Part shown: one piece after another, positions 50,717 to 64,000 of the stretch
How positions within the stretch are numbered: position 1 is the first letter of the stretch
How the letters are laid out: each line of letters begins with the position of its first letter
Assembly (NCBI GenBank): GCA_951406725.2
Contig: OX597831.1
Coordinates: 6,572,001-6,636,000 of the forward strand
Reading direction: 5' to 3'
Length of the DNA stretch: 64,000 bases
Source: Octopus vulgaris
Lineage: Eukaryota
Position numbers and translations under genes: made by a program
The notes under the pieces: generated by a model
Told to the model about the DNA's origin: nothing
The model's input: the letters and a program-made list of their open reading frames with translations, nothing else
Databases searched by the model: none

Positions 50717-53280
50717 TGTATGTATGTCATTGTTCAGTTTTATCTCAAGATTTCTTGTCAATAGAGAAAGAACCGGTTTCTAACCTAGATCCAAGGTTCC
50801 TTCATTGGAATTTCAACATCAACAACAGGGTATGTATGTATGTGCGTGTATGTGTGTGTGTGTGCATATGTATGTATATGTGTGTGTGTATGTATGTATG
50901 TATGTATGTATGTATGTATGTATGTATGTATGTATGTATGTATGTATGTATGTGTGTATGTATGTATGTGCGTGTATGTGTGTATGTATGTGTGTATGTA
51001 TGTATGCATGTATATGTGTGTATGTGTGTATGTATGTATATATGTATATATGTATGTATATATGTGCGTGTATGTGTGTATGTATATGTGTATGTATGTA
51101 TGCATATAAGTGTGTGTATGTATGTATGTATGTATGTGTGTATGTATATGTGTTAGTATGTGTGTGTGTATATGTGTATGTATGTATGGATGTATGTGTG
51201 TATGTATGTATGTGTTTATGTGTGTATGTATGTATGCATGCATGTATGTATGTATGTATGTGCAGATTCGTATGTTTCATGTCTGTATTCTCATGCATAT
51301 AGTTACATATCTAGACATGCTCATATATATTTAAATGATAAACTTCTGGAAAGTTTTACAGATTCTTACAGTTCCAGTGATGGCTTAGATCTGTATTCTT
51401 CGAATTAGCATTCTCCTTCCTGGTTTTGAGAAGCCTAATTTCTCAAGATTGGCATTTAGGCAGGGTGTTGCATATCCAAGGGCACCAATAATTACAGGTA
51501 TAAACCTGAACTTGTAATCAGGATAGAGTAACTGCAGATTTCTCAATAGTTCAGGATGGGGCATTCTCTTTTTCACTGATCTTCAGATTTATGTTAACAT
51601 CCGCTGGGCAGCTAATTTTCACAACTGTACACAGTTTCTCTTCTCTGTTCCAAATCATTATACCAGCTCCGTTGTGCTTACATTTTATTGAGGTCTTCAC
51701 TGGGACATTCCACCAGTATTCCTTTTTATTATGAGTGGCTATGGCTTCCATCATATTGTGGGTTCTCATTCCTTTGTCCTCAGAGTTATCCTTCCGACAG
51801 ATTTCATTATATAAGTCCCAGATACAACATCCTGTCTCACCAGTAGATAATACTGTAATGACATTTTCAGACAACTGCTAACGATGTGGGTGATATCTTC
51901 AGTGTTAACTCCACAAAGTCTGCATCTGTTGTCAGATTTTACGGCTTTTCCAGCATCTCTATCCCTTTTGTGCATCAGGTACTTGGTTGATATTTCCTGA
52001 TCCTGGATTGCAAACGCATAACCTTTCAAAGTGGGAGGTAGTAATCCAGCTATTGGTCCATGATAGACTGCCTTCGTGATCAATGTTACTACCATCTTGG
52101 AGATTTCTACAAACATATCCATACATAGACTTCTCTGCATAAACACACTCATCCTTTCATCTGATGACACATTGTAGTAGAGTTATGTGACTTCTTTGGG
52201 CATGTATCCTAGGTTATCAGACAAACAATGTTGCTTAAGTAGCTGCCTTCGAAGTCTTACAATGTTATCAGCCTCATGTATGCTAACTTGGTCAAGAGAT
52301 GCACTCTGATACTTGGTGGTTAAAAGATGTTGCCGAAGGGATATGATACAACATTCAAAGCATTTTAGATCGATTTTAAGCCTCTGCCGCCTTGATTTCA
52401 TTTTAGGTAGAGGCAGTCAACATCACAGTTTATGAGGAAATTATGTGTGCTTGTTAGAATTTTTCAGGTTTCCACATCAATGGCTCAGATCTCATCAAGC
52501 GTCTAATCAAGCAACCCAAATGTTGGTATGAGTACTGGCACTGCAAACCCATTGTGGGACACTATTATTGAATGCAGAGAGTTCTGAGGTCCAAATTTTC
52601 TTTATTCAGCTGTAATATTCTTTAGTGACACGTGTTTTGTTACAGGTGCCATTGTAAGATATGTTTTCATTCACCCCTAGATACCTGTAACATTCCTCAT
52701 CAGATACAGATGTTGCTAGTCTGGTTTATAGTTTTCCCTCCTTTTCACAATGGAATAACATTTATCCTGACCAAACTCCAATCCTACATCCTTTGGTCAA
52801 TAACATTATCACAGCAGAAAAAGCAGCTGTGAAAAAGGGAGTCTGGGGACGTGCCGAGCAATTGCTAATCAACAAAACTGTAATGTCAGTTATGCGAGAG
52901 CATAGGAGGAACCTAGTTTCAATGTGGTTAGATTACTAGAAAGCCTTTTTATTCTGTTCCCCACTCATGGATGCTAGAAGCCCTTCAACTTGCTAAGGTT
53001 ACAGTGAGTATATTGACTTCATCATGGGCCACCATCTTGAAATTAAACACAAAGAGTGATTGTATTATCACCAATAGAATACAGTATCACAGAGGCATAT
53101 TCCAAAGGGACAGCCTCTCTGTGATGTTGTTCATGCTTTCTGTAACCCCTTGTTATTCATGTTAAGGAAGTCTGAAGGAAATCTCATTGGTTCACAAGGA
53201 GACGAACATACCAAAATTACACACTGTTTCTTTGTGGATGACTTGAAACTTTATGAAAAAGAGCCTTGACATAGTCACAT
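50717..53280. mobile_element. RLE-type (R4/Dong/NeSL-like) retrotransposon with inverted RT segment
   Basis: Minus 52755-51340: YRYLG, AIQDQ, CRLC...H...C and IPVIIGALG. Plus 52760-53280: KAF.SVPH, GIFQRDSLS and FVDDLKLY. The 3' region contains (ATAC)n. Confidence 0.85.
50830..51262. repeat. (GTAT)n/(GT)n array
   Basis: Direct reading. Confidence 0.9.
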
Positions 53281-53371
53281 TAAAATAGTTCCTACCGATA
53301 ATGGTTACATTTCCATACCGAAATCTACCCGGAAATAATTGTTGATTTTAAAATTAATAATTATTTACCCT

Positions 53372-53402
<31 letters not shown>

Positions 53403-54092
53403 AGAGTTATTCTGTTATAGTGAACCTGGCTATTAATCTGCTACAGTCAATCTAATAAACAAGTTACAATAGACAAGATAGAAAAAAGAAAAAAAAGAAA
53501 AAGAAAATACTTAATAACAGATACAATGAGAGAATCAAATCTCACCAGTTTCCAGATGGTTCTAAAACAGTCATGTCTTTTGTATCAAAAGTTAACCATA
53601 CTTTTCTCTGATAGAAAGTTACAAAAAAAGTTGTAACTGGATGAAGATAACTTTTCATGGAAATAAAAGTAGCCTTGTCTCTATTAAGCATTAATATAGT
53701 AACTATAAAAGACTAATTCTACTTTTGGCTTTGATTATGTCTAGATTCAACCTAGAAGGAATACAAGACCTCCTTAAATAAATCAAAAGTTTGATGCAGT
53801 TTGATTGTTGTTGGAACCAGTTGATATAATTCTTACGACTTTCTAGAACCTTCAAACCTTGGTGACTGAGAGAGCTTCTAAGCAGTCAAACAATCCACAA
53901 GAAATAGCAGACAAATTCCTCTCATATAATATTTTACCATCTTTCAAAGAAAAAAGCCACACCTGCACAATGTAGTCCAGGATGTACAAATAGAAGGGAT
54001 GGTCACATCTGGATGGCATGAAACAACAAAACAACAACATTCTCAAACGATTTTTCCAGAACAATTTTTCAGAATCAATGTTTGAGTGAGTC

Positions 54093-54344
54093 TCAAGCAA
54101 TGCTGGGGTGGGGGACGAACACAGACACACAAACATATACACACACATACATACATATGTATGTATATATATACATATATACGACAGGCTTCTTTCAGTT
54201 TCCATCTACCAAATCCACTCACAAGGCTTTGGTTGGCCCGAGGCTATAGTAGAAGACACTTGCCCAAGGTGCCACGCAGTGGGACTGAACCCAGAACCAT
54301 GTGGTTGGTAAGCAAGCTACTTACCACACAGCCACTCCTGCGCC
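54093..54344 (-). mobile_element. SINE family B, 5' half
   Basis: Reverse complement of the B head and microsatellite. Confidence 0.85.
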
Positions 54345-54713
54345 TATGTATATTAATAAAAAGATGTTAACATCAGTAAAATAACAAAAAAAGAAAATGG
54401 TGCTTTTGAATGAAAACATCTTTTACTAGAGTAGAATGAAACAGCAACTGGACAACTGAAAACCTGTGGTTTTATAGTTTACTGGACAAAAAATTGGACA
54501 AAAACTACATAACCTGCTTATTAAATTGCAGGTAGATGCATGTTTGCATGAACAGTTGCATATATGAAGAGGCATATGCATTCTGATGCAAAAATCTCAA
54601 CCATTTAATTGTTTAAATTTCTTTCAAATGCTTCATGTAAATGTTCAATTATTTTCAATGTTTAAAGCATTGCACTATATTTCTATTATTATTATTATCA
54701 TTATTATTATTAT

Positions 54714-55260
54714 TGAGTGAGAGAGCAGTGCATGCCATCAAAGTGACACTGGGGTAAAATATACGAAACCCAGTATACCCATCATGACTACCCGTCTGAT
54801 AAGGGTACACTAGGCACATGCATCACAACCATATGTGCGCGACATGGTTATCTCATATCATGATAAACAGCACATGACCTTGCAGGTGGGGCCCAGTTAG
54901 AATTTTCTTTTGGTCGAGTAACCCATCCCACTCAAAAGGTCCCTGAGTAAGGGTTGTTTAAGGATGTTGAACGAAACACCCATGTTTCCAAAGGTGAATT
55001 ATTCAAACCCTGAAGAATTCCTCTCAACACATGGTTATGATGCACCCCCATTCTTCCTGCTTGTGATCAGTGATGCACATATCGTCAGCCACTAAGGGAC
55101 ATGCTCAACTGGTTAAGGTCAAACGACTGACAAGCAAATCTGTGGTATTGAGCAGAATATTTACTGTAGCTCATCTTTTATACCAAGATAAAACAATGTA
55201 CATGATAACACTTCCAATCAGTTAAGATCAAAAGCAATGAGAGCCTCTGCCTGGTACTTG
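54714..55260 (-). mobile_element. Probable non-autonomous retroposon with (AAT)n tail
   Basis: Sharp GC step, abuts (TTA)n, no ORF; single copy in this window. Confidence 0.45.
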
Positions 55261-55794
55261 TTATAATTTTTCTTTGTTAAACTGTTTTTTACTCGGATTT
55301 TACAAATGGACAAAACCCTTTGTAACCTTGCGTCCTGTTTGTCCCTTTATGTTATAATTAATTTTTGTCAGCCCTTGTGGCCAATAAAAGAATTAATTAT
55401 TATTATCCTTATTATTATTATTATTTTTTTTTTGTTTTTTGTTTTTTTGTTGAAGAGAAATATTTTAGTGAAAACACAAATCTGCTTCAAGAGATTTGGT
55501 TTTTATTCCGTAGGAATTATTTTTAAAGAATTGAAATAACAAAAAATTATCACAAGACATCAACGACTAACTAACAGCTTTTAATAGTAATGGTAGATGC
55601 AATATATAACTAATTAACAACAATACAGTTAATTAGAATAGCTTACAATCATATATTATTTAAATTTGGGGTATTAGAAGCTACTAATTAAAAATGATAA
55701 AAATTAACAATGACGTTTCATGTCTGGCAGACACACAACAATGAGCATCACTGATAACCATGCATCTGTTTATATTTAAATTAGAAATTAGTAA

Positions 55795-56023
55795 TTAACC
55801 ATTTAGCATTCGGATTATTACTCTGTCAAATGTAATGCTCATTTAGTCATTATTTTTAATTATTTGTGCATTATCTCATATGTTTGATCTTTTGATGATG
55901 TGATTGCTTATTTTTAGAATGACATTGTAGGATAGGTGTGAGAGGCTGGATCTGGCCAGTTTGAGCATAAAACAGGTAAAATATTTCAACTGGACATAGC
56001 CAGTTTAAATGCTAAAGGGTCAA
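55795..56023 (+). mobile_element. MITE family G
   Basis: ttaaccatttagc ... gctaaagggtcaa; colinear with 7747-7975. Confidence 0.75.
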
Positions 56024-56608
56024 AAACGCTAAAAATTAACAATGATATATATAATGTTTGAAATATACCAAGGGACATCTTTGATAACCATGCGTCTGTA
56101 TAATTACAATTAGGATATTAGAAACAACCAATTAAAAGTGATTGGGATTAACAACATTTAATTAACAACATGTTTGACAATGATGCATTTGTGTGTAATT
56201 AAATTAGAAGTTATTAATTAAAAGTGATAGGAATTGGTGTGGTTTAATGAGTGACAGGCCTACGACAAAGCAACATCTTTGGTAACCATGCATTAAATAG
56301 AAGGTCATGCACAGAGACAAAGATACAATACCTCAACACTTGCAGATCCCATGTTTGATGGTGTTAGTGCCTATGGGAGGAAGATTACTTATCGAACCAG
56401 CACTGACACAAGTTAAGAACTCAGAAACTGAAAAGAAACAAGGAGAAGTTATTTATTTTCAAAACCAATAAATATATACACGCAAACACAAACACAAACA
56501 CAACACATTTAGAGAAACAAGATTTATTTGCAGCGTGGAAGAAGGTGTTTATAAGCCATTTAAGAAACACGCAAAAACCGTTAGATTCACTTCAACATTT
56601 AAGTTTGA

Positions 56609-56662
56609 TTTGTCGAAACATATTTTTCGTTGCTTTGAGACCGCGACCTGTTCACTGACAAA
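56609..56662 (-). ncRNA. Minimal type I hammerhead-like motif, G3-C8 variant (copy 2, degenerate)
   Basis: tttgtca GTGAACA g gtcgc ggtctcaaa gcaac GAAA aatatg ttt cgacaaa, within a repeat (56530-56676) shared with 15155-15295. Confidence 0.45.
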
Positions 56663-56701
56663 ACATTGTGCTGCATCTGAGAAAGTAACGGTTAGTTCAT
56701 G

Positions 56702-57110
56702 ATATATATGTACGTGTGTGTGTGTGTGTGTGTGTATCTATGTATGTATGTATGTATCTATGTATGTATGTGTGTATGTATGTATATATGTACGTATGTA
56801 TGTGTGTATGTACGTATGTATGTATGTGTGTATGGATGTATGTATGTGTGTATGTATGTATGTATGTATGTATATATGTACGTATGTATGTGTGTATGTA
56901 CGTATGTATGTATGTGTGTATGGATGTATGTATGTGTGTATGTATGTATGTATGTATGTATGTATGTATGTATGTATGTGTGTGTGTATGTATGTATGTA
57001 TGTATGTATGTGTGTATGTGCGTATGTATGTGTGTACATGTATGTATGTGTGTACATGTATGTGCGCATGCATATGTGCATGCCTATACGCATGTATGTA
57101 TGTACTTATG
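56702..57110. repeat. (GTAT)n/(GT)n array
   Basis: Direct reading. Confidence 0.9.
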
Positions 57111-57517
57111 TAAAATAAGAGATGTCTTCAATTGAAATGTTTAAAGAGATGCTGCTTGTTTGAACCAAAAAGATCAGAGAATGAGAACCATAAAACCAAA
57201 TCAAGTCTTTTATTTCCTTTCCAATGCTACATAGCAACAAGTTTGCAAAAATAGACATCTGGTCAATTTTTGAAAAAAAAGGATTCCCACCATTAATATT
57301 GTCTAAATTGATAGTGCTGAGTTCAAAGAATTTCATCAATGGATCAACAGAAAACTGTAAGACCAAAGAAGACTCTTTTTTTTTATTATCATAACCATGT
57401 AGAAATACACTGGCTTGGTGTCAATTAATTCCAAATATAACAAAGAATTTATTGCCAAAATAACTTGCAATAATCAGATGATGTCAAGACAAGGGAACAA
57501 GCAAACATATACACACA

Positions 57518-57602
<85 letters not shown>

Positions 57603-57937
57603 AAACCCCCTTTAGTCATGACTGACCATGGGATTGCACCTAGAAAGTTACCCCACCACCACCAGGCACAAGTCTGGGCAAGGTTGTTTATGGAAGACCA
57701 GCAGTCGCCCATACATACCAACCTCTCCTCTCCACACCACTGATGTTATCCAAGGGAAAGGCAAAGGGGCCGATACGATACAGCTTGGCACCAGTGACGT
57801 CGCAACTCATTTCTACAGCTGAGTGAAATGGAGCAACGGGAAATAAAGTGTCTTGCTCAAGAACACAACATGCAGCCCGGTCCGGGATTCGAACTCACGA
57901 TTGTAAGCTTGATGCTCTAACCACTGAGCCATGCGCC
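57603..57937 (-). mobile_element. SINE family D
   Basis: Reverse complement of 39275-39603, between (GT)n and (CA)n. Confidence 0.85.
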
Positions 57938-57973
<36 letters not shown>

Positions 57974-58149
57974 TATTTAGAAGAAAAAAAAAGGATTAAA
58001 AAGATTCTGGTAGATATCAATAAAGCATTCAGTATTAATAGAAGTTGGTTAACAATATTCAACAGACACCAGTAAATGTAAGTAGACTACATATCCCAGG
58101 CAAATCCTCGTGCATGACAGGTAAATCCTCATGCATGACAGGTAAATCC

Positions 58150-59370
58150 AAATAAGTCTGAAGTTAATATGCTTTTTATTTCCTCAAATGCTTTCTGGCA
58201 TTTTCCTGACCAAAACCATTTGGTATCCTTTTTCTAGCAGCTCATTTAGTGGAGCCCTTGTGTTGTGTATGTTCAGGATATATACTTGATAGTACTTTAC
58301 CAAGCCGAAAAATGCTTGTAACAATTTGACATTCGTTGGGGGAGGCATATTTCGTATTATTGTCGTCCTTCATGGGTCGGGCTTTCATCCCCTTTCATCA
58401 ATTACTTGACCCATATATTTGATTTTTTTCATTAAACATTCACACTTTTCCTCTGTTAGTCTAAACAAGTATTCGGTTATTTTTTCAAATACTTTTTTCA
58501 ATATGTTCAAAGTGTTGCTCCACTGACTCGCTCTCTATCAAAATATCAAGACAAGCGAAGTCGCAATCATTCAACATTGCATCCGTCACTTATTGGAATA
58601 TGGCAGGTGCCACTTTTACTGCAATCCTCTCTTTCGTTTTAGTGCAACTGCCTAATCCTTCCAAAAAAACATTTGGAATTTCTTAACTTTTTTTTCTCAG
58701 TTGTTCTACTTCGTTCGAACTTTTAACCATGCTAACTTCACAGAGAACACTAATGGGGGTGTCCCACATTTTAAATAACTCCATGCATTCTGTGCCAAAT
58801 AGGTTTAGTGATTTTTTTCAACACATAAATGATTGTCCTTTTCATTTTACCCTGAAAAATTACATTTCAAATACATTCCCCGATGAAATATAATTTCTTT
58901 CCTATAACACCATATGCTACTTTATTTAATTTAAATTAATTTCAGCTTAATGATTTGTCACCGGGTTTCTCACTACTTCTGTCTAATTGTATTTTGACAC
59001 TAGTGGTTTCAATTCTCACCTTGATGAATTTTCTGTTCATTGTACAAACTTTTTTCTCTGATGACAAACCATTTATTTTTTCTCATTTGGTCCAATTTTT
59101 TGTCATCTTAGTTCTGCAGTGTGATTTATGTGTTCTGTGTTCCCACAATGGAAACACTTTGCTTTCTTGAACAGACACTCTTTCCTCAGGTGCCTACCAC
59201 CACATGCCCATACATGGGTTTATCTCCTGATATATATATATATATTGTATTTTTTGTGAAACGCTTTATCTGTCTTCTGACTTTTTCATGCTGGTTTTAT
59301 CTGCAAATAATCTTTGTGTTGGATTTCTTCTGTAGAATGCCTTACTTTTAATACCCTTTGGCACTCTTCT
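58150..59370 (-). mobile_element. Decayed Ty3/gypsy gag-pol fragment
   Basis: CFHCG zinc knuckle, NLFG protease-end motif and RT APAIFQ*VTDAML...D.ILI, KIKYMG, with stops and deletions. Confidence 0.7.
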
Positions 59371-60450
59371 GACAGTTAAACGATGATGATGATGATGATG
59401 ATTGTTGGTTTCTATTGTTAGTTTTTATTGATGTTGGGTTCTTTTATAACAGACGGACAAGAAAAGACTTAAAAACAAAAAGCTGATCTAACACCAACTT
59501 TGGAAATGGCTGAGTAAAAGTAACAAAAATACGAAGCAATATTTTTGTAATTAATGATGTTACAAATGTGTTAGAATAATGAGATAATTAGACTATGCTG
59601 GGGTCCCACTGGAAAAGCTTACAGATCATAAATGTAACAGGGTTTCCAGTATATAAGATTTCTAGTAAGAAAGCTTTCGAAAGAAAAGGAGTTTGATATC
59701 ATTTTAAGAGTTTTATGTAATAATCCAGAGCTGCCCTTCTACAATCGTTTTTCCCCCCAAAGTAATTAAAGACCATTGAAAAGAAACAATCTAGTTTTAC
59801 TAGTCAGGTGGCTTCGTAAAAGTAAGAGAAGAAGGTAAAGGAGATTATAAGTGAAAATAATAAATATTGTGAAACAGCAGCTGTGAGGGAAGGGGACATA
59901 CAGGCGACAGTGTTCATAGACACCATTGAGTGACCTTGAAAGCTGAATGTAAGATGAGAATATAACGAGGAGAAAATGATAGCAAAGAAGAGAAACAAAA
60001 ATGAAACGAGAGATTGAAAGACTGAGGAAGATGGCATACTTAAGTGAAATATTCCAAATACCTTCAGTACAGGGATAGCACTTTTGACAAGCAATACATT
60101 TTATAAGTAAAAGGATTGATTACTGCATGGTTTTTTAGATAGATTTTTTATAAAGATAGATTTTTATAAAGTTAATAACACCTGACTATTCCTTAAATTT
60201 TTAGTCTTCTAAATTAAGTGAAGGAATAATTGGCTGTAACTAGCTTCACATAATTCTCATGTTGAATCAGTACAGCACATTTTATCTGATGAAACACAAT
60301 CTCTTGATGTCCGTTTTCCACGCTGGCATAGGATGGGTGGTTTGGCAGGATCTGATGGGCATCAAAATCTAAATGTGTACTTTGGCATGGTTTCTATGGT
60401 TGGATGCCCTTCCTAATGCCAACCACTTTACAAGTGAGTGTGTGTGAGTG

Positions 60451-60494
<44 letters not shown>

Positions 60495-60495
<1 letters not shown>

Positions 60496-60605
60496 CTAGC
60501 ATTATGACCCCGCGTTGCCAGGTCATAGTGCTAGTGCATGCATATACAGCATGTATAAAGGACACACACACACACACACATTTTGCCGTTTATATATAGA
60601 GAGAT
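60495..60605 (-). mobile_element. Internally deleted mini-Helitron of the same family as 36733
   Basis: Only the two termini are retained: 5' TC and 3' hairpin plus CTAG. Confidence 0.7.
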
Positions 60606-61539
60606 TTGACATAAAAATAAACATTAATACATTCACATACACACACACACACTCTTATGTATATGTGTGCATGTACATGTGTATGTGAGTGTATGCGTAT
60701 GTGTCTTTGCAGTGACATTTGGTTGTGTCCCATATGAAGAACAGATCCTGCTTTTGGGTGGTCCTAAGCAGCAAAGACAAATGGAATAAAGTACTTAACT
60801 TGAAAATAAATAAGGATTGGTGTCAAGAAGGGTACAGAACACTGCCGATGAGTTGAGGAAATTGGCTGCTATTTCTGGCATGTTGATTGACCTTGTAGGA
60901 GCTGGTCAACCAACAAGATGGTACATTTTGTCAACCAAGCAGAACATAGCTGTCAATTAGTTGTCCTATGATAAGCAATAAGAAGAAAAAAAATTGATAC
61001 TCAGGAGGTTACAAGACAAACTACTTAATTAAACACAATGAATCACCAAGATCGTTAAGACAATAAGATTAACCTCGTAAAACATTTACAAGAAAGAAAG
61101 AATGAATTTAATCTTTAGAAGCACTTGGTAATGAAAACATTCATTAATGAATATTAGCCATTGGTCACACACCCATTTGATCCAATCAATGCCTGGCTCG
61201 TTAAATCAACATGTACAGACACATGCTTGCACACACACACAAAGAAAATTTGCTTTGGATTTTTCAATTGACCAATGTGGCTTCCCAGTAAATCCGTTTG
61301 GACTGAAGCTTTAATATCTTTCTGTTGTGTATTCAGGGACAAAACAATAGATTTAATATCCTCCAACACCCCACCCCCCACCCCAACACACACAATTGTA
61401 GTTTAATAGTAAAGTCACTAATCCATGCAAGATAACGGGCAAGAGATTAGTCGACAGGTTTATAATTCAGGGATTTTAATCTTATCAAGGTCAATGTGAG
61501 TTAAAGAGGGAACCCCCTAAATGGTTTGTTTTATTTAAG

Positions 61540-61612
61540 ACAGGTACTCACCTATCAGTCTCGTAGCAAGACCATTAAGTTATGGGAACATAAACAAACC
61601 AATTCAGGTTGT

Positions 61613-61649
<37 letters not shown>

Positions 61650-61800
61650 GGTAGACTTACACACAGTTTCCATCTACCAGATTCATTCATAAGGTATTGA
61701 TCGACCCAGGGTCAGCTGCTCAAAGTGCTGTACTATGGGACTGAACCTAAAACCATGAGGTTGCCAAAGTGAGCTTCTTAACCCACTCGGCCAGACTTGC
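61540..61800 (-). mobile_element. SINE family B, diverged
   Basis: Degenerate cagtttccatctacc ... gggactgaacc blocks. Confidence 0.6.
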
Positions 61801-62585
61801 ACCTAATATAAATGGAAACCAATTTTATGAATGAGATATTTTAACGAAGAAACAACTTTCACTTGTAACTGTGCGTCCGAGAAAGAACTGAGAAATAAAA
61901 CATTTTGGTGAGTCGGATGACTCTGGTGGTTTGTTGGGAGAGGAGAGGAACCACGGAAGACTCTCAGAAACTTAGTCGAGTACAAACTTAAGAGAGCAAG
62001 TTTACAATTTTCTAATCTTAACGAGGTTGATACAAGCCAAAGAGGGGGGGGGCTAAATGGTTGCCTGACCAGCTAAAAATAGCAGCCAAATCTCCCTCAT
62101 ATTGCATTCTATTGTCATAAAATGACAGAGAGGACGTAGTTTTGGGTGTAGAGGAGATTAAGGGCTAACTCTATACACGAAACTTTTGAATGCCCAAGCT
62201 GGAGCCTCAACACTACATGTGGTCTAATGTCTTGCTCGGAACATTTTCTATGTTAATAGATAGAGGATCTTTTCATTTCCAAGGCCTGTTTTGTCAGATT
62301 TTTCTAGTTAACTAAATAATTTGAAACTTCGTATACTGGTAGAGTGTCTCAAAAGAAAACACTAGTTTCAACTTGTTTATTTGAGAAAAATGTATTTTAT
62401 AACTTTAAGGGTAGATTAAATCTGCGAATTTTAACCAATTGTATTGTTTGTTTTCATTTGAAATGGCAACTGAAGCCTTCTATCCCACCACCCTCACCAG
62501 TTCTGTAATTCTTCATTGATATCAAATAATATACAAGCGCTAATCATCTCCACATCGAGCATTGTCAATTTTATACTCAAAGTGT

Positions 62586-62816
62586 AAGGTGGTGAGCTGG
62601 CAGAAACGTTAGCATGTCGGGCGAAATGCGTAGCCGTGTTTCGTCTGCTGTTACGTTCTGAGTTCAAATTCCACCGAGGTCGACTTTGCCTTTCATCCTT
62701 TCGGGGTCGATAAATTAAGTACCAGTTACGCACTGGGGTCGATGCAGTCGACTTAATCCCTTTGTCTGTCCTTGTTTGCCCCCTCTATGTTTAGCCCCTT
62801 GTGGGCAATAAAGAAA
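62586..62816 (+). mobile_element. SINE family A with TSD
   Basis: Flanked by tatactcaaagt. Confidence 0.9.
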
Positions 62817-63649
62817 TATATACTCAAAGTCATTAAATTTAGCTCCCTAACGAAGGCACTAATGAGTCCCCTTTGGGATCAGTTCAGTTTATAATGACTT
62901 GGACCCATGATGAAAAGAGAAATGTTCCCAAGAAAAACTACAAAACTGGACAAGATATGTTGTAATGACGTAAGTATAAGGAGTATGTGTGTGTGTGTGT
63001 GTGTGTAAGAGAGAGGGAATGGAAGAAGAGAGAGAGAGAGAGAGAGAGAGTGTGTGTGTATGTGTGTGTGTGTGTTGTGTTCTGTATGTGCATGCGTCTG
63101 TGTCTGTGTGTGTGTGTGTGTTTGTGTCTCCCTGTATATATTTAAGCAGCAGTCGACCACGAAAAACCCTTTTCTCTCTCTCTCATTTACTTCGACATCA
63201 CTATGGGGTAACTAAACTCATGGGAATTACTTATCGTTTAGATTTCACACCGATGCTTTGCTATTTTTTTAAACTAAATCAGTCTTTCCTTTCATCTTTT
63301 GTGCTACACACCATACACGTCTTTTTTTTTTTTTTATGACACCAAACAGACTATTTCACATGTATTGTAGGATAAACTAAATGCCCTCTTCTCTCTATAT
63401 CTACCACGACGATGTATGTGGAGCAAGTGTGCAGAGAAATGTACACGGTGGAAAGTATAGATTCAGCAATAATTAAAAAAAACTGTGCCCAAAGACAAGT
63501 TAAGAGAAAATAATGAAAGTGTGAGAAAATTGAAATGAGAAAAGTGTAAAAGGTGAATAATTAAAAAGACAGACGAGTAAATATTTTAGAGAAGAGAAAA
63601 GACAATGGGAAAAAGGGCGTTCTTAATGAGATCGAGGACACAAGAGAAA

Positions 63650-63691
<42 letters not shown>

Positions 63692-63805
63692 GCGCACACA
63701 CACATAAACACGTGTGTGTGCGCGAGCGTGAACAAAGACGAAAAGTAGAACTCAATACATAAAAGTAAATATGTATTTCTTTTTAACTTTACAGCCGAGT
63801 TATAG

Positions 63806-63875
<70 letters not shown>

Positions 63876-63962
63876 GTGTGTGTGTGTGTGTGTGACCGCG
63901 TGTGTACCGTTGGCTATTTTTTCCTCTGTCTTTCCTTCCTTGGATCTTTCCTTTTTGCTATG

Positions 63963-63995
63963 TTTCTGACGAAGAGCTCCGCTCGAAACGTTAAA
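63963..63995 (+). ncRNA. Minimal hammerhead ribozyme motif, Penelope-like-element type
   Basis: ttt CTGACGA a GAGC tcc GCTC GAAA cgtt aaa; stem I is weak and the element is cut by the window edge. Confidence 0.55.
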
Positions 63996-64000
63996 TCCTC

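Overview
AT-rich, repeat-dense eukaryotic DNA. The SINE families and microsatellite load look like Octopus (coleoid cephalopod), which is my recognition and not a database result. The only host protein-coding gene I can support is a type II coronin (CORO2A/2B-like) on the minus strand. Ten GT-AG coding exons from 14022 to 269 splice into one open frame, and the gene runs off the left edge. Two candidate alternative first coding exons (44077-44106, with a TATA box, and 22463-22528) can splice in frame onto the ATG-initial exon. The rest is mobile-element debris: five SINE-like families, piggyBac- and hAT-type MITEs, non-autonomous Helitrons, decayed RTE, CR1/L2, R4/Dong-type and Ty3/gypsy fragments, and micro/minisatellites that generate most of the long ORFs in the track. 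The most interesting non-coding signals are several minimal type I hammerhead-ribozyme motifs (one repeat family with a reciprocal G3-C8 core), a near-perfect 229-bp intronic palindrome, two LINEs with twin-priming-type inversions, and a Helitron terminal hairpin present in flip and flop forms. I see no evidence for a new multi-gene system. Exon coordinates were read base by base; repeat boundaries are approximate.
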